Assembly (NCBI RefSeq): GCF_001194135.2
Contig: NC_068982.1
Coordinates: 55,264,477 to 55,298,977 of the forward strand
DNA length: 34,501 bases
Source: Octopus bimaculoides
Lineage: Eukaryota
Direction: 5' to 3'
Each line of letters starts with the position of its first letter. Position 1 is the stretch's first letter. The notes under the pieces were generated by a model, which did not search any database, was not told the origin of the DNA, and saw only the letters and a program-made list of their open reading frames with translations. Of this stretch, positions 11,545 through 22,439 are shown one piece after another. The position numbers were made by a program, and so were the translations under genes.

Positions 11545-12790
11545 ATGCCAGAAGCAAGAATAAAGCAAGGATGATTGTAGATAACCGAAATCGAGAGTCT
11601 CAAGAGAGACAGGAGTGAGACTTTCTCAAGATCAAACACACGCTGCAGCACGTCAAATGGAGTCTCAAAGAGAGAAGGGAGATGAGACTTTCCTAAGACC
11701 AGCAAAGGCATGCTGCAGCACATGAGATGGAGTATTAATACAGAAAAGAGATGAGATTTTCCCAAGATCAGCAAATGCGTGTTGCAGCATGTCAAATGGA
11801 GTCTCAAAGACAGAAGCGAGACGAGACTTTCTCAAGATCAGCGAAGGCATGCTGCAATACGTCAGATGGAGTCTCAATACAGAAGTCAGATGAAACTTTT
11901 CCAAGAACAGCAAATGCAAGTTGCAGCTCGTCAAATGGAGTCTCAAGAGAGAAGAGAGATGAGATTTTCCCAAGATCAGCAAACGCATGCTGCAGCACTT
12001 AATGCTGAATCATTAAAACAACATTTTAATGATGAGACATCAGTCCAATAGAACAGCTCTCAGAAGCAGACTACGTACGAATTCGTTCTTCACAACTCCT
12101 GGAGCTGCTTTCCGATATGATCCATCCCATTCTTATAAATATGATAATTCTCTCCAAATTGGTGTGCAAAACTCTAATTGTCATTTCTGCAAAGCTTTAA
12201 AATTTCCAAATGAAACTAATGGCATGTGCTGCTCAGGCGGTAAGGTAAGATTGCCAGCACTACCAGCTCCTCCTCAACCTCTTATAGATCTTCTGGAAAG
12301 CACTTCCATCCAGTCAAAGGAATTTCTGAACAATATTCGACAATATAACTCTGCATTCCAAATGACATCGTTTGGTGCACCTAAGGAGATAGTTAAAACA
12401 TGGATTTACCCCGATGTTCAAAGTTCAAGAGTAAGTCTATCCGTTCATTGATTCCATTACCTACAAATAACAACCACAGTTCCTCCAAATTTACTTTATG
12501 AATGATGTAGGACAACAAATCTGAAGGAGGTATCAAACCTTCAGACGATGAGTCATGACAAACGCAGTGCCGATGCTGCAAAGGAGAGTATATCCACTGA
12601 CAGCTTTTCGCTGCGTTCACATAAGTTACATACCCACCTCCACCCCAAATTTTTCATATCTGGTTAGGGTCTGGAATACTCCAAATGGACGCAAGACATG
12701 TCGCTTAGACGAATTAGCTCATCATTTACTCCACAAATATTTTTGTTATCAATGCTGCACTTTCCCGTATTACCTGTTTCAGCATAACTG

Positions 12791-12842
<52 letters not shown>

Positions 12843-12895
12843 ATACACACAAAATATGCCATTTTAATCCCGAACAACGCCGGGTATCTCTGCTA

Positions 12896-12896
<1 letters not shown>
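11545..12896 (+). mobile_element. Internally deleted Helitron: N-terminal RepHel pseudogene plus 3' terminus
   Basis: CHFCKALKFPNETNGMCCSGGKVRLP...EFLNNIRQYNSAFQMTSFGA, then after a frameshift GFTPMFKVQ...PQFLQIYFM, is the classic RepHel N-terminus; homology stops near 12600. 3' hairpin CCCG-AACAACGC-CGGG (12869-12884), then CTAA|T (12893-12896; CTRR). The 5' TC end was not located with certainty. Confidence 0.88.
11595..12003 (+). repeat. Coding-type minisatellite, 69/70-bp unit (23 codons), about 6 units
   Basis: ATGGAG unit starts at 11657, 11727, 11796, 11866 and 11935. The in-frame unit is MESQERREMRFSQDQQ(T/R)HAAARQ. Confidence 0.9.
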
Positions 12897-12927
<31 letters not shown>

Positions 12928-12976
12928 ATATACATAAAAGTATAAGTATATATATTATATACACATAAATGTATAA

Positions 12977-13015
<39 letters not shown>

Positions 13016-13027
13016 TAAATGTATACA

Positions 13028-13063
<36 letters not shown>

Positions 13064-13789
13064 TGCATGTATGTATGTATGTATGTATGTATGTGTGTGT
13101 GCGTGTGTGTGTGAACATATGTATGCATAAATCAGTATATGTTCTGGGCGGGGGCGGGTGTATGTTTGTGTATATACGTATATGTGTCTTTATTTGTGCA
13201 TATGTGCGTATCAGTAATCAATTCCAGCTTTATATATTATAAATTCAATATTTTTAAATGAAGAAAGCGACAACAGTTAGTTTTATTCGAATGAAGAAAA
13301 TCAATATAACAGTCTAAAAGTAAATTATTCAGTACAACAGATTATATTTGATATTTCCTGTTAATATATTTCCTGTTAATATTAAGTAATGATATCACAC
13401 GGAGTGTTACACAAGACGTTGGCGAAACCATATTACGATCCACTTATAATTTCATTGGCTTACCTTATATTTCAACATTTTCTGCTATGGCTGTCAAAAA
13501 GAAATGGATAGATGTTACTGGAATGATATCGATTTGTGTATGTTTGAAAATGTATCTAGTCGGGAGCAAATCAACCGCTTAGTAATCAGGAGTTCCTGCA
13601 TTCAACCCTAATGTTCGATATTCTCGTTCAAGTGTATTATATCATAGCTCTGTATCATCTCATGTCTTATTGAGAAAATTAGGTTAATGTAGCTGTGTAG
13701 AAGAAACCCGCCAGATAAACTGAACTTTATACTGAAAGCATCCTCCTTTGCCACACATTTTAAGGATTACTGTTTGTGTGCGTATCTTG

Positions 13790-14399
13790 GGTGGAATCCT
13801 CATCTGTGTAAAAGATCACTCCAGGATTGTTTCACTTTGTTCAGGATGATTTTCGCCCTCCCAAACCTTTTGTCCTGAAGTAACCAAGTGCCTCACAGGT
13901 CTCACGTAGGATTTCATTTTCAAGTCTTCTGTCACTGTTCTTTGAACTGCCATAGCTGAAACTCCTCTCTCCATGCCAAGCGTCTTATGGATTGAGTTGG
14001 ATTTCTTATGATTGATCTTTTTAACTCCGGATTGAAATGTTAGCCTCCTGCGGTTATGACTTCCTGATCTAGTTTTCTTCCCCACTAGTTCTTCTTTCCC
14101 AAACTTATTCACAATTGTCTTCATGGAACCCAGGGAATGAATGTTGGTATCATTACTGAAGGCCTGGATTATCTTAGCCCTCTCAACATTGTTAAGTTGG
14201 CAAGACATGGTGAGACTGGCTCAAAGCGATTTCGGCCTGTTCTCATTCTAGCTAAATATCTCAATGGGTACTTCACTGATTCTTACAAAAACTGGTACAG
14301 TATGGCAAGATGTCTTATCTGGAAAACAAGGAAAATTACAAATCGATTAGTTTATTGGCTTTAAAAAGTTGAGCATGACAATTTTACTGCCACATCCGG
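13790..14399 (-). mobile_element. Tc1/mariner transposon 5' fragment (HTH region to first catalytic D), maT-like
   Basis: ORF 13816-14208 contains KTLGMERGVSAMAVQRTVTEDLKMKSYVRPVRHLVT, followed after a frameshift by IFYTDE. Putative TIR TA|CCGGATGTGGCAGTAAAATTG at 14399. Confidence 0.7.
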
Positions 14400-15866
14400 T
14401 ATATATATATATGTATACACACACATATATATATATATATATANNNNNNNNNNNNNNNNNNNNNNNNNNNNNNNNNNNNNNNNNNNNNNNNNNNNNNNNN
14501 NNNNNNNNNNNNNNNNNNNNNNNNNNNNNNNNNNNNNNNNNNNNNNNNNNNNNNNNNNNNNNNNNNNNNNNNNNNNNNNNNNNNNNNNNNNNNNNNNNNN
14601 NNNNNNNNNNNNNNNNNNNNNNNNNNNNNNNNNNNNNNNNNNNNNNNNNNNNNNNNNNNNNNNNNNNNNNNNNNNNNNNNNNNNNNNNNNNNNNNNNNNN
14701 NNNNNNNNNNNNNNNNNNNNNNNNNNNNNNNNNNNNNNNNNNNNNNNNNNNNNNNNNNNNNNNNNNNNNNNNNNNNNNNNNNNNNNNNNNNNNNNNNNNN
14801 NNNNNNNNNNNNNNNNNNNNNNNNNNNNNNNNNNNNNNNNNNNNNNNNNNNNNNNNNNNNNNNNNNNNNNNNNNNNNNNNNNNNNNNNNNNNNNNNNNNN
14901 NNNNNNNNNNNNNNNNNNNNNNNNNNNNNNNNNNNNNNNNNNNNNNNNNNNNNNNNNNNNNNNNNNNNNNNNNNNNNNNNNNNNNNNNNNNNNNNNNNNN
15001 NNNNNNNNNNNNNNNNNNNNNNNNNNNNNNNNNNNNNNNNNNNNNNNNNNNNNNNNNNNNNNNNNNNNNNNNNNNNNNNNNNNNNNNNNNNNNNNNNNNN
15101 NNNNNNNNNNNNNNNNNNNNNNNNNNNNNNNNNNNNNNNNNNNNNNNNNNNNNNNNNNNNNNNNNNNNNNNNNNNNNNNNNNNNNNNNNNNNNNNNNNNN
15201 NNNNNNNNNNNNNNNNNNNNNNNNNNNNNNNNNNNNNNNNNNNNNNNNNNNNNNNNNNNNNNNNNNNNNNNNNNNNNNNNNNNNNNNNNNNNNNNNNNNN
15301 NNNNATATATATATATATATGTATGTATTTAATAATAATAAAGGGTAAAATTAATGAATTATTATTGAAAATATAATTAATTTATTATTATTGAAAATAT
15401 AATTCACTCCTTGATAGTAAACTGCAGTTTCTGCGGGATTACTCGTAACACACGTGGGTGATTGGGGAAGAATGCGAGTTCTCACTCGTCTGTATAAATT
15501 CAGAAGTGCTGGTTTTTGAATATTAGCTATTCGATGTCGCTTGATCGGATACGTATTTTAATTATTAGCACTCTCAAATTTGCAATTGAAATACTACACT
15601 GAAAACGGAAATAAGTGAGTAAAAATAAAATCCAGAAACGCGTATGTAGTTGATCAAAGCCGGGTGGATTCGTTATTTTTTCTCTTTACCTACGTGAATT
15701 GAGGGTATCGCTGTCTGGGAGATATCTTATGGTAGAGGAATAGTATTTAACTGCTATTTCTAAATTTTGGTATATGGAGAAGCAATTTACTGAACTCTAA
15801 TTATAATTATGCTTATAGTTATAGAATTTATATACATCCGTTTTTCCCTTCTTTGGACTTTCTTTG

Positions 15867-15899
15867 TTTCCGACGAAGAGCTCCGCTCGAAACGTCAAA
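15867..15899 (+). ncRNA. Minimal type I hammerhead-like motif (variant core CCGACGA)
   Basis: TTT-CCGACGA-A-GAGC-tcc-GCTC-GAAA-C-GT-C-AAA. Confidence 0.5.
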
Positions 15900-15967
15900 T
15901 TCTCCAGCTGGTTATCGTTGCAATCTACACTCGATATTTATTGTAATTAGAGGAGCGAGCCTCAATC

Positions 15968-16035
15968 ATATTCCAGCAGATGATGGGACCGCCAGACCGT
16001 ATTGTGCTCATACTCAGTGGTGGACACCTGTCCTG

Positions 16036-16089
<54 letters not shown>

Positions 16090-16115
16090 GACCTGCATAG
16101 CGCTGATCAACCTTA
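15968..16115 (+). pseudogene. Possible highly decayed Tc1/mariner DDE fragment interrupted by (GA)n
   Basis: ATATTCCAGCAGATGATGGGACCGCCA resembles IFQQDGAPPH, followed by DTCPG and, after the (GA)n, a degenerate WPA.SPD-like stretch. Requires frameshifts. Confidence 0.3.
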
Positions 16116-16573
16116 CTATAAAATATAGTTGAGAATAAGCAGCTGTCCATCCTTGCAAGTCGTAGAACTTTGTGATGTCTATAACTAAATATAGAAGATT
16201 GAGAACCACCATTGCTGGTTTGCAGTAATAGAGGACGTGTAGATAGGTCTCGACACCTGGATTCAAGTTGTGAAACCACAAGATTACGATGCTCAGTACA
16301 AAGAACTTTGGTAGAGGGAAGGACAAGAACTTGTGTTAATTAACTGATTCCCCCTCCTTCCCAGATGTATAGCCTTGTGTCTACCTACCCAAAACTAATA
16401 GAAAGCTTGTAAAAATATTTTGTGCCTTTTGTTTCGGCTTTTTGCATTCTGATTTCGTCTCGTTGCATTCTGAGTCTGAATTCAACCTTACCTTTCTTTT
16501 TTAATTTTTCATCTTTCTGAGTTCGATAGCTAAAGTGCCTCTCGATTCTTTCTTTCTCTCTCTTTCTTTTCCC

Positions 16574-16651
<78 letters not shown>

Positions 16652-16656
16652 GTCTG

Positions 16657-16721
<65 letters not shown>

Positions 16722-16722
16722 A
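16574..16722. repeat. (ATCT)n microsatellite
   Basis: Direct reading. Confidence 0.95.
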
Positions 16723-17214
16723 TGTCGCCTAGGTAGCTATTTCTTCCCCACTCTCTCAGAAGCGGTTACTCTTCACTTTATAGGCTGCAGAAAAACCACT
16801 TGCAGTGTCCATTGCCGCCAAGAAATAGAGAGAGATTGAAACAGGGACTAGCAAACCTTTCTTATCAAGCATTCTTAAAAAACATTGTCCAAATAAACCC
16901 AAGGAATATGGCAGACGTGAACGGACTAAAGAGCTGTACGACAAAATCAGTTTTAGAAAAAACTGTATAAGAAGCAATGTCTGGCATAATCGACAAAGCG
17001 ACAGATTAAGTGACTTGTAGTATTTTGTTACGTCCCTTTACGTACTTAGTGTAAATCTCACCACGTCAACTTTGCTTGTCACCCCCTCAAGGGTCGATGA
17101 AATAAATGCCAGCTAAATAATGAGGAGAAGGGGGTGACTATAAACGACTATAATTTTCTCCTTGTCCCACCCAAATGTGTGACCTTGTGCCTATCTTAGA
17201 TTAGTTCTTTCTAC

Positions 17215-17648
17215 AGACTTAAATGCTTTTTACGTGCATGCGTGTTTGCCAGTGTATGTATGTGTGTGTCTGTGTGTCTGTGGTGTCTGCGTGTCTGTGT
17301 GTGTGTATGCATGTGCGTTTCCGTATGTGTTGGTATGTTAGTGTTTGTGAGCGTATGCTGGTGTTTATGTGTGTGTGTGTGTGTGTTACCGTGCATGTTA
17401 GTGTGTTAGTCTTTGTGAGTGTATGCTAGTGCGTGTGCGTGTGCGTGCGTGTGCGTGTGTATATGTGTGCATGCGTGTTATTGTGTTAGTCCTTGTAAGT
17501 GTGTACATGTGTGTATGTTAGGGTACGTGTGTATGCTGGGGTGTATGTGTGTATGCGTGCATGTTAGAATGAAAGAGAGCATATATGTGTGTGTGTGTGT
17601 GTGTGTGTGTCTGCGCGCGTGTGTTTGTGCTTGTGTGTGTCTACGCGC

Positions 17649-17737
<89 letters not shown>

Positions 17738-17905
17738 GGTGTGTGTGAAGAGAGATAATGGGAAGTTTGGAGAAGTAGAAAAAGACAGAGACGGATATAC
17801 ATAACGTGTTTTGGTGTGTGCGTGTATGTGTGTGTGGGGAGTCTATTTTATTTTATTTTATTTTATTTTATTTTATTTCATTTTATTTTATTTTATTTTA
17901 TTTTT
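17215..17905. repeat. Degenerate and pure (GT)n tract followed by (TTTTA)n
   Basis: Direct reading; source of the VC/TH-repeat ORFs. Confidence 0.9.
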
Positions 17906-18139
17906 CACTTCAGATTTACTCATATCATGTGATTTTCAAGATAAGAGCAAAGTATGTTTGCATTGCTTGCACTCAATGGCAGATGTTAAGAAAGAAAGAA
18001 AAAGAGAGAGAGAGAGAGAAAGAGAGAGAGAGGGGGTAGACGGAGTCAGTAAGGAAAAAGGAGAACAAGATAGAGTGAGAAGGATGGAATATAGTCATAG
18101 AGAAATAGAAAAGGTGTTGAAAGTGAAGAGAGAGTGGGG

Positions 18140-18643
18140 GGAAGGGAGAGGGTCAGACAAACAGATAGACAGGCAGAACAAGAGACAGGGAAGAGAGAGA
18201 GAAACGACAGAGAAATAGGGAGAAGAATAAAGATAGAGCGAGGGAAAGACGACGACAGACAGACAAACAGGCAAACAGAACTATAGAAACAGTGACAGAG
18301 AGAAAGAGAAACGGACAGGCAGAGAGAAAAATAGAGGAAGACGTATATTGAGGGGAAAAGGAGACAGACGGTAAGAGAACTTGAGAAACAGACAGAGAAA
18401 AAGAGAGTGGAAGAGAGAGAGAGAGAGAGAGAAAGTCGATGGGAGGTATCGAAAGTAAAAGTGAAAGAGGAAGTGAGAGCGAGAGAGACAGAGAGAGAGA
18501 GACAGAGAGACAGAGAGACACAGAGAGACAGAGAGACACAGAGAGAGAGAGACAGAGAGACACAGAGAGAGACAGAGAGAGACAGAGAGAGACAGAGACA
18601 GAGAGAGAGAGAGTCAGAGAGAGAGACAGACAGACAAAGAGAG

Positions 18644-18676
<33 letters not shown>

Positions 18677-18840
18677 GAGAGAGAGACAGAGAGAGAGAAG
18701 GGGAAAGAAAGTGACAGAGGCATAAAGAAAGAATGAATGAAGGAAAGAGAAACGGGAAGAGAGACATAAAGAAGGAATGTGAGAGAGAACGAAAGGCGGG
18801 AAGAGAGAAGGAAATCGTCAACAAGAAAGAGAGATAAATT
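18140..18840. repeat. Polypurine compound (GA)/(GACA) microsatellite
   Basis: Direct reading; source of the SL/ER-repeat ORFs. Confidence 0.9.
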
Positions 18841-19243
18841 AGCAGATGCAAAGTAAGGACGCGTGAGAAGGAAAGAATTGTTGTAATGATGAAATCGTGT
18901 TTAAAAGGTGTGTTTATATGTGCGTGTATGCTAGCATGTGTGCGTCTATCCGTGTGCATCTATCCGTGTATGTGTAGATTTTTTGAAGCGATGTACAGAT
19001 TTTGTATATTAAAAAAGAATAAGTAGTTATGGGGACTCTTCATATCTGAAGAATCACCATGAAAGGACGAGAACGCTAATAAAGAATTAGCCAATATTCT
19101 GACTACCTCCTTTTTCTTAATATACACACATACTCGCGCGCGCACACACACATATCTATATTTATATACATACATACATACATACATATATATATATATG
19201 TATATACATATATATACGTATATGCATATATGTGTGTATATAT

Positions 19244-19308
<65 letters not shown>

Positions 19309-19625
19309 CGCCTACATTGCGAGAAATATGAGCTAAGCCGCTCTAATGCTGTAGCTAACGCACATGAATGAAAACTTATACACTAACAGAGACCATTATC
19401 GTCCGAAAAGTGCCGATCGAGAATTCTTAATACTGATGCGTCAGTTTCTGAAATTTCCGTTGCCTCATCAGTTAAGACAGCTCGACTTCGGCTCTTTCCG
19501 GACTCGCTTCGCCATTAGTATCTATGTTTTCGTCATCCAAATAATTGGATGATTTAGCGATTCGCTAATGTCTATATATAAAATTAATATAAACAGCAGT
19601 TTACAATGTTTCATCAAATAGGAGA

Positions 19626-19657
<32 letters not shown>

Positions 19658-19714
19658 GGGAGAATATACAAATAATAACAACAGACGAGGACAGGTGGTG
19701 TAAATAACAAAAGG

Positions 19715-19975
19715 ATATATTAGTATGACGCTCGGGAATACGGAAAGTCTTTGACGTTTCGAGCTACGCTCTTCAACAGAAAGAATACGGAGACAAGGAG
19801 AAAAAAAATTGAATAGTGTTCAGTCAACAGTCAATCATAATAATGGCCGATCATAACAATGGCTGACCGGAAGTTAGAAATTCTTTTTTCAGGAGAGCTA
19901 AGAAAGGGGGAGATAACAAACGGTGATCGGGAACGAGGGGCTGTGTGTGGGAGGTAGAATGCTGGTGATCTTGAC
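19715..19975 (-). mobile_element. Probable Penelope-like terminal fragment carrying a hammerhead motif
   Basis: Contains the hammerhead at 19748-19784. The PLE assignment is inferred from the motif type only. Confidence 0.5.
19748..19784 (-). ncRNA. Minimal type I hammerhead ribozyme motif (A6U core variant)
   Basis: Minus strand UCUUU-CUGUUGA-A-GAGC-gua-GCUC-GAAA-C-GU-C-AAAGA: 5-bp stem I, 4-bp stem II, GUC triplet, palindromic ACGU stem III. Confidence 0.6.
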
Positions 19976-20729
19976 NNNNNNNNNNNNNNNNNNNNNNNNN
20001 NNNNNNNNNNNNNNNNNNNNNNNNNNTATATATATATATATATTTGTATTACTTTAATTCTCTGTCTGGATAATTACTAATAGATGTCTTAATGTTTTTC
20101 TACACGTACACCTTTGGAACTCCTATTAGGAAATGAAACATTTGTAATGAGGAATAAATTGTACCAAATTTCTTCCTGCCTTCTTTTTTGATATGCAGTT
20201 ACTCTGCAAAAAGTATTTTCTAAGATTTTACACTATTTTCCTTTATTTTCAGCTCTCATATGAAACATAACATCTACTTCGGATTACCGGAATATGTATA
20301 TGTGCTTAATTAGAACACAGCTCGGTATATAACCCTATCTACATAGTATATATGTTTGCATGTATGTATATAAGACGAGCTCCCATGCCATTTCCATCAA
20401 CCAAATACACTCATAAAGCATAGGTAGGTCTAGGTCTATAGCAGAAGACAGGGGCAGCGTAAGAGATTTGAACATGGAACGAAAATGTACATGACCAGAA
20501 TTCAGAGAAGGAGATGGAGTAAGACATTCGCACATGCGCGCTCACACATACGCGCACGCATGCACCCGTATCCCGTGTGTGTGTGTGTGTATATGTGTGT
20601 GTGCTTGTACGTGAGTGTGTGTGTGTGTGTTTGTGTGTGGTATGTGCATACGTGCTTGAATGAGTGAGAGATGTGAAGAAAGTAAAAGAGGCTAAGAAAC
20701 AGGTTCCCAGGGAACTAAAGGTGCGCCCG

Positions 20730-20764
<35 letters not shown>

Positions 20765-20789
20765 GTATAAACANNNNNNNNNNCGCCCG

Positions 20790-20824
<35 letters not shown>

Positions 20825-20962
20825 GTATAAACATATAGATAAATTAAAACAATAGGGTAAAAAAATTGGATATTAATCAATATCATTTTAATACCAGGGA
20901 ACAAGCACATTAAAAGAATCAAGGAGATTCAAAAAAATATCTGAGATCTCAAATGATTATTG

Positions 20963-21105
20963 TATACGTATATAAAAATATATATACAAAGGAGACCACT
21001 AGGTGGACTGCTAATATGCTAGAAGAAGATCTACATGTAATTTTCTTCTAGCACATTAGTAGTCCACCTAGTGGTCTCCTTTATATATATTTATATATAC
21101 GTATA
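20963..21105. repeat. Near-perfect ~143-bp foldback (palindromic MITE-like element)
   Basis: Arm AAAGGAGACCACTAGGTGGACT(G/A)CTAAT(A/G)TGCTAGAAGAA(G/A)AT and its reverse complement around a CTACATGTA centre. Confidence 0.9.
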
Positions 21106-21224
21106 AACATATAGACAGATAGATACATTTGTATATATATATATATATATATATCCATTTTTTCCTGTCTTGGTTTGTGTTTGCCACCTTGGAATCCTCT
21201 GTGTAGTTGGTTGATCCACTACTC

Positions 21225-21440
21225 AGGAAGAGACTATTCTAGAGTACGTCCTGTCTGGTCTTCGAAACGTCTAGATAGAATAGAGACAGCTGATGAAGGG
21301 ATATTCCAAGGGGCTTTCCGTTTTCCTATGTGTTCGTTCCGTTGTCTGTAGTTTATTGTTCTAACGTCCTGTACCCTGATATGCATGTATATACACATGT
21401 AGATGTAAGTATGTACATATATGTGTGTATACATGTATAT
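21225..21440 (+). mobile_element. Same repeat family as 6531-7360 (copy 4)
   Basis: Aligns with the reverse complement of 6875-7126. Contains TTCGAAACGTC and CAGCTGATGAAGGG. Confidence 0.7.
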
Positions 21441-21677
21441 ATATTCTTTGTATTATATATNNNNNNNNNNNNNNNNNNNTACGTATACAGCATATGTGTC
21501 GGTATGAAAAAGTGCATGAGATTGAGTGATGGGCTGTGCACCTAAGAAAAGTGAAAAGGAAAAAGAGGAAAGAGAAAGAAAGGCCTAAATGATAGTGAAA
21601 AGATAGGTAGATAGGGTGTATGTCTACTGTGTCTGTGTGTGTGGGGGGGGGTTACGTGTGTGTGAGAGAGAGTGTAC

Positions 21678-21713
<36 letters not shown>

Positions 21714-21849
21714 GTGAGGGTGTGTATGCGTTTGCGTACGCGTGTATTTGTGTGTGTGAAGGATAGAGGGAAACAAGTGAAAAAGTGAAAAAGAGGGAAA
21801 GGATCATAGAGAAGACAGACCAACAGCGAGAGAGAGGTGGGAGAGGAGA

Positions 21850-21952
21850 ATGGGAGATAATGAAAGAGAGAAAGAAAGAATAAAAGAAAGAGAAAGGAAA
21901 AGGGAGAGAAGAAAGAAAGAAAGAACGAAAGGAAGGAAGGAAGAAAGAACGA

Positions 21953-22012
<60 letters not shown>

Positions 22013-22266
22013 AAAAAGGAGAAAAAGAACGTATAATATATGTAAAGCGAAAGGGTAGAGAAAAACGATAGAGGGAGAGTGGGGTAGAGAGGGAGAGAGA
22101 GAGAGAAAGAGAGATAGAGAATGAGAAAGAGAGATAGAGAAAGAGAAAGAGAGATAGAGAAAGAGAAAGAGAGATAGAGAAGGAGAAAGAGAGATAGAGA
22201 AAGAGAAAGAGAGATAGAGAAAGAGAAAGAGAGATAGAGAAAGAGAAAGAGAGATAGAGAAAGAGA
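21850..22266. repeat. Polypurine tract: (GAAA)n plus a 20-bp minisatellite AAGAGAAAGAGAGATAGAGA (about 8 units, 22101-22266)
   Basis: Direct reading. Confidence 0.9.
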
Positions 22267-22401
22267 ATGTGACACGAAGAGTAAAGACTCAGCCTGGAGA
22301 GCTCATTGCACTCAAATTAGCCAGCAGTCAATAAGTGCAATCGCTGCCAAGGGACCATGCACTCATAAGTCATCAGCACCAATAAACCCTGTTTGTGTAC
22401 A

Positions 22402-22439
<38 letters not shown>

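Noticed and set aside
11595-12003. Regularly spaced repeats as a CRISPR-like array
   Set aside because: The units are contiguous degenerate tandem copies with no unique spacers, in a eukaryotic Helitron ORF.
19400-19560. Acidic minus-strand peptide (LDDENIDTNGEASPE) suggesting a piggyBac N-terminus
   Set aside because: Low complexity, interrupted by a stop, and no TTAA/TIR or DDD domain visible.
20724-20833. Exact 50-bp tandem duplication CGCCCGCCAATATA...ACGTATAAACA
   Set aside because: The copies sit on either side of a 10-N gap, the typical signature of unmerged overlapping contig ends.
22304-22345. CATTGCACT resembling the miR-92 family 5' end, with an 8-bp inverted repeat
   Set aside because: The match stops after the seed region and there is no pre-miRNA-length hairpin.
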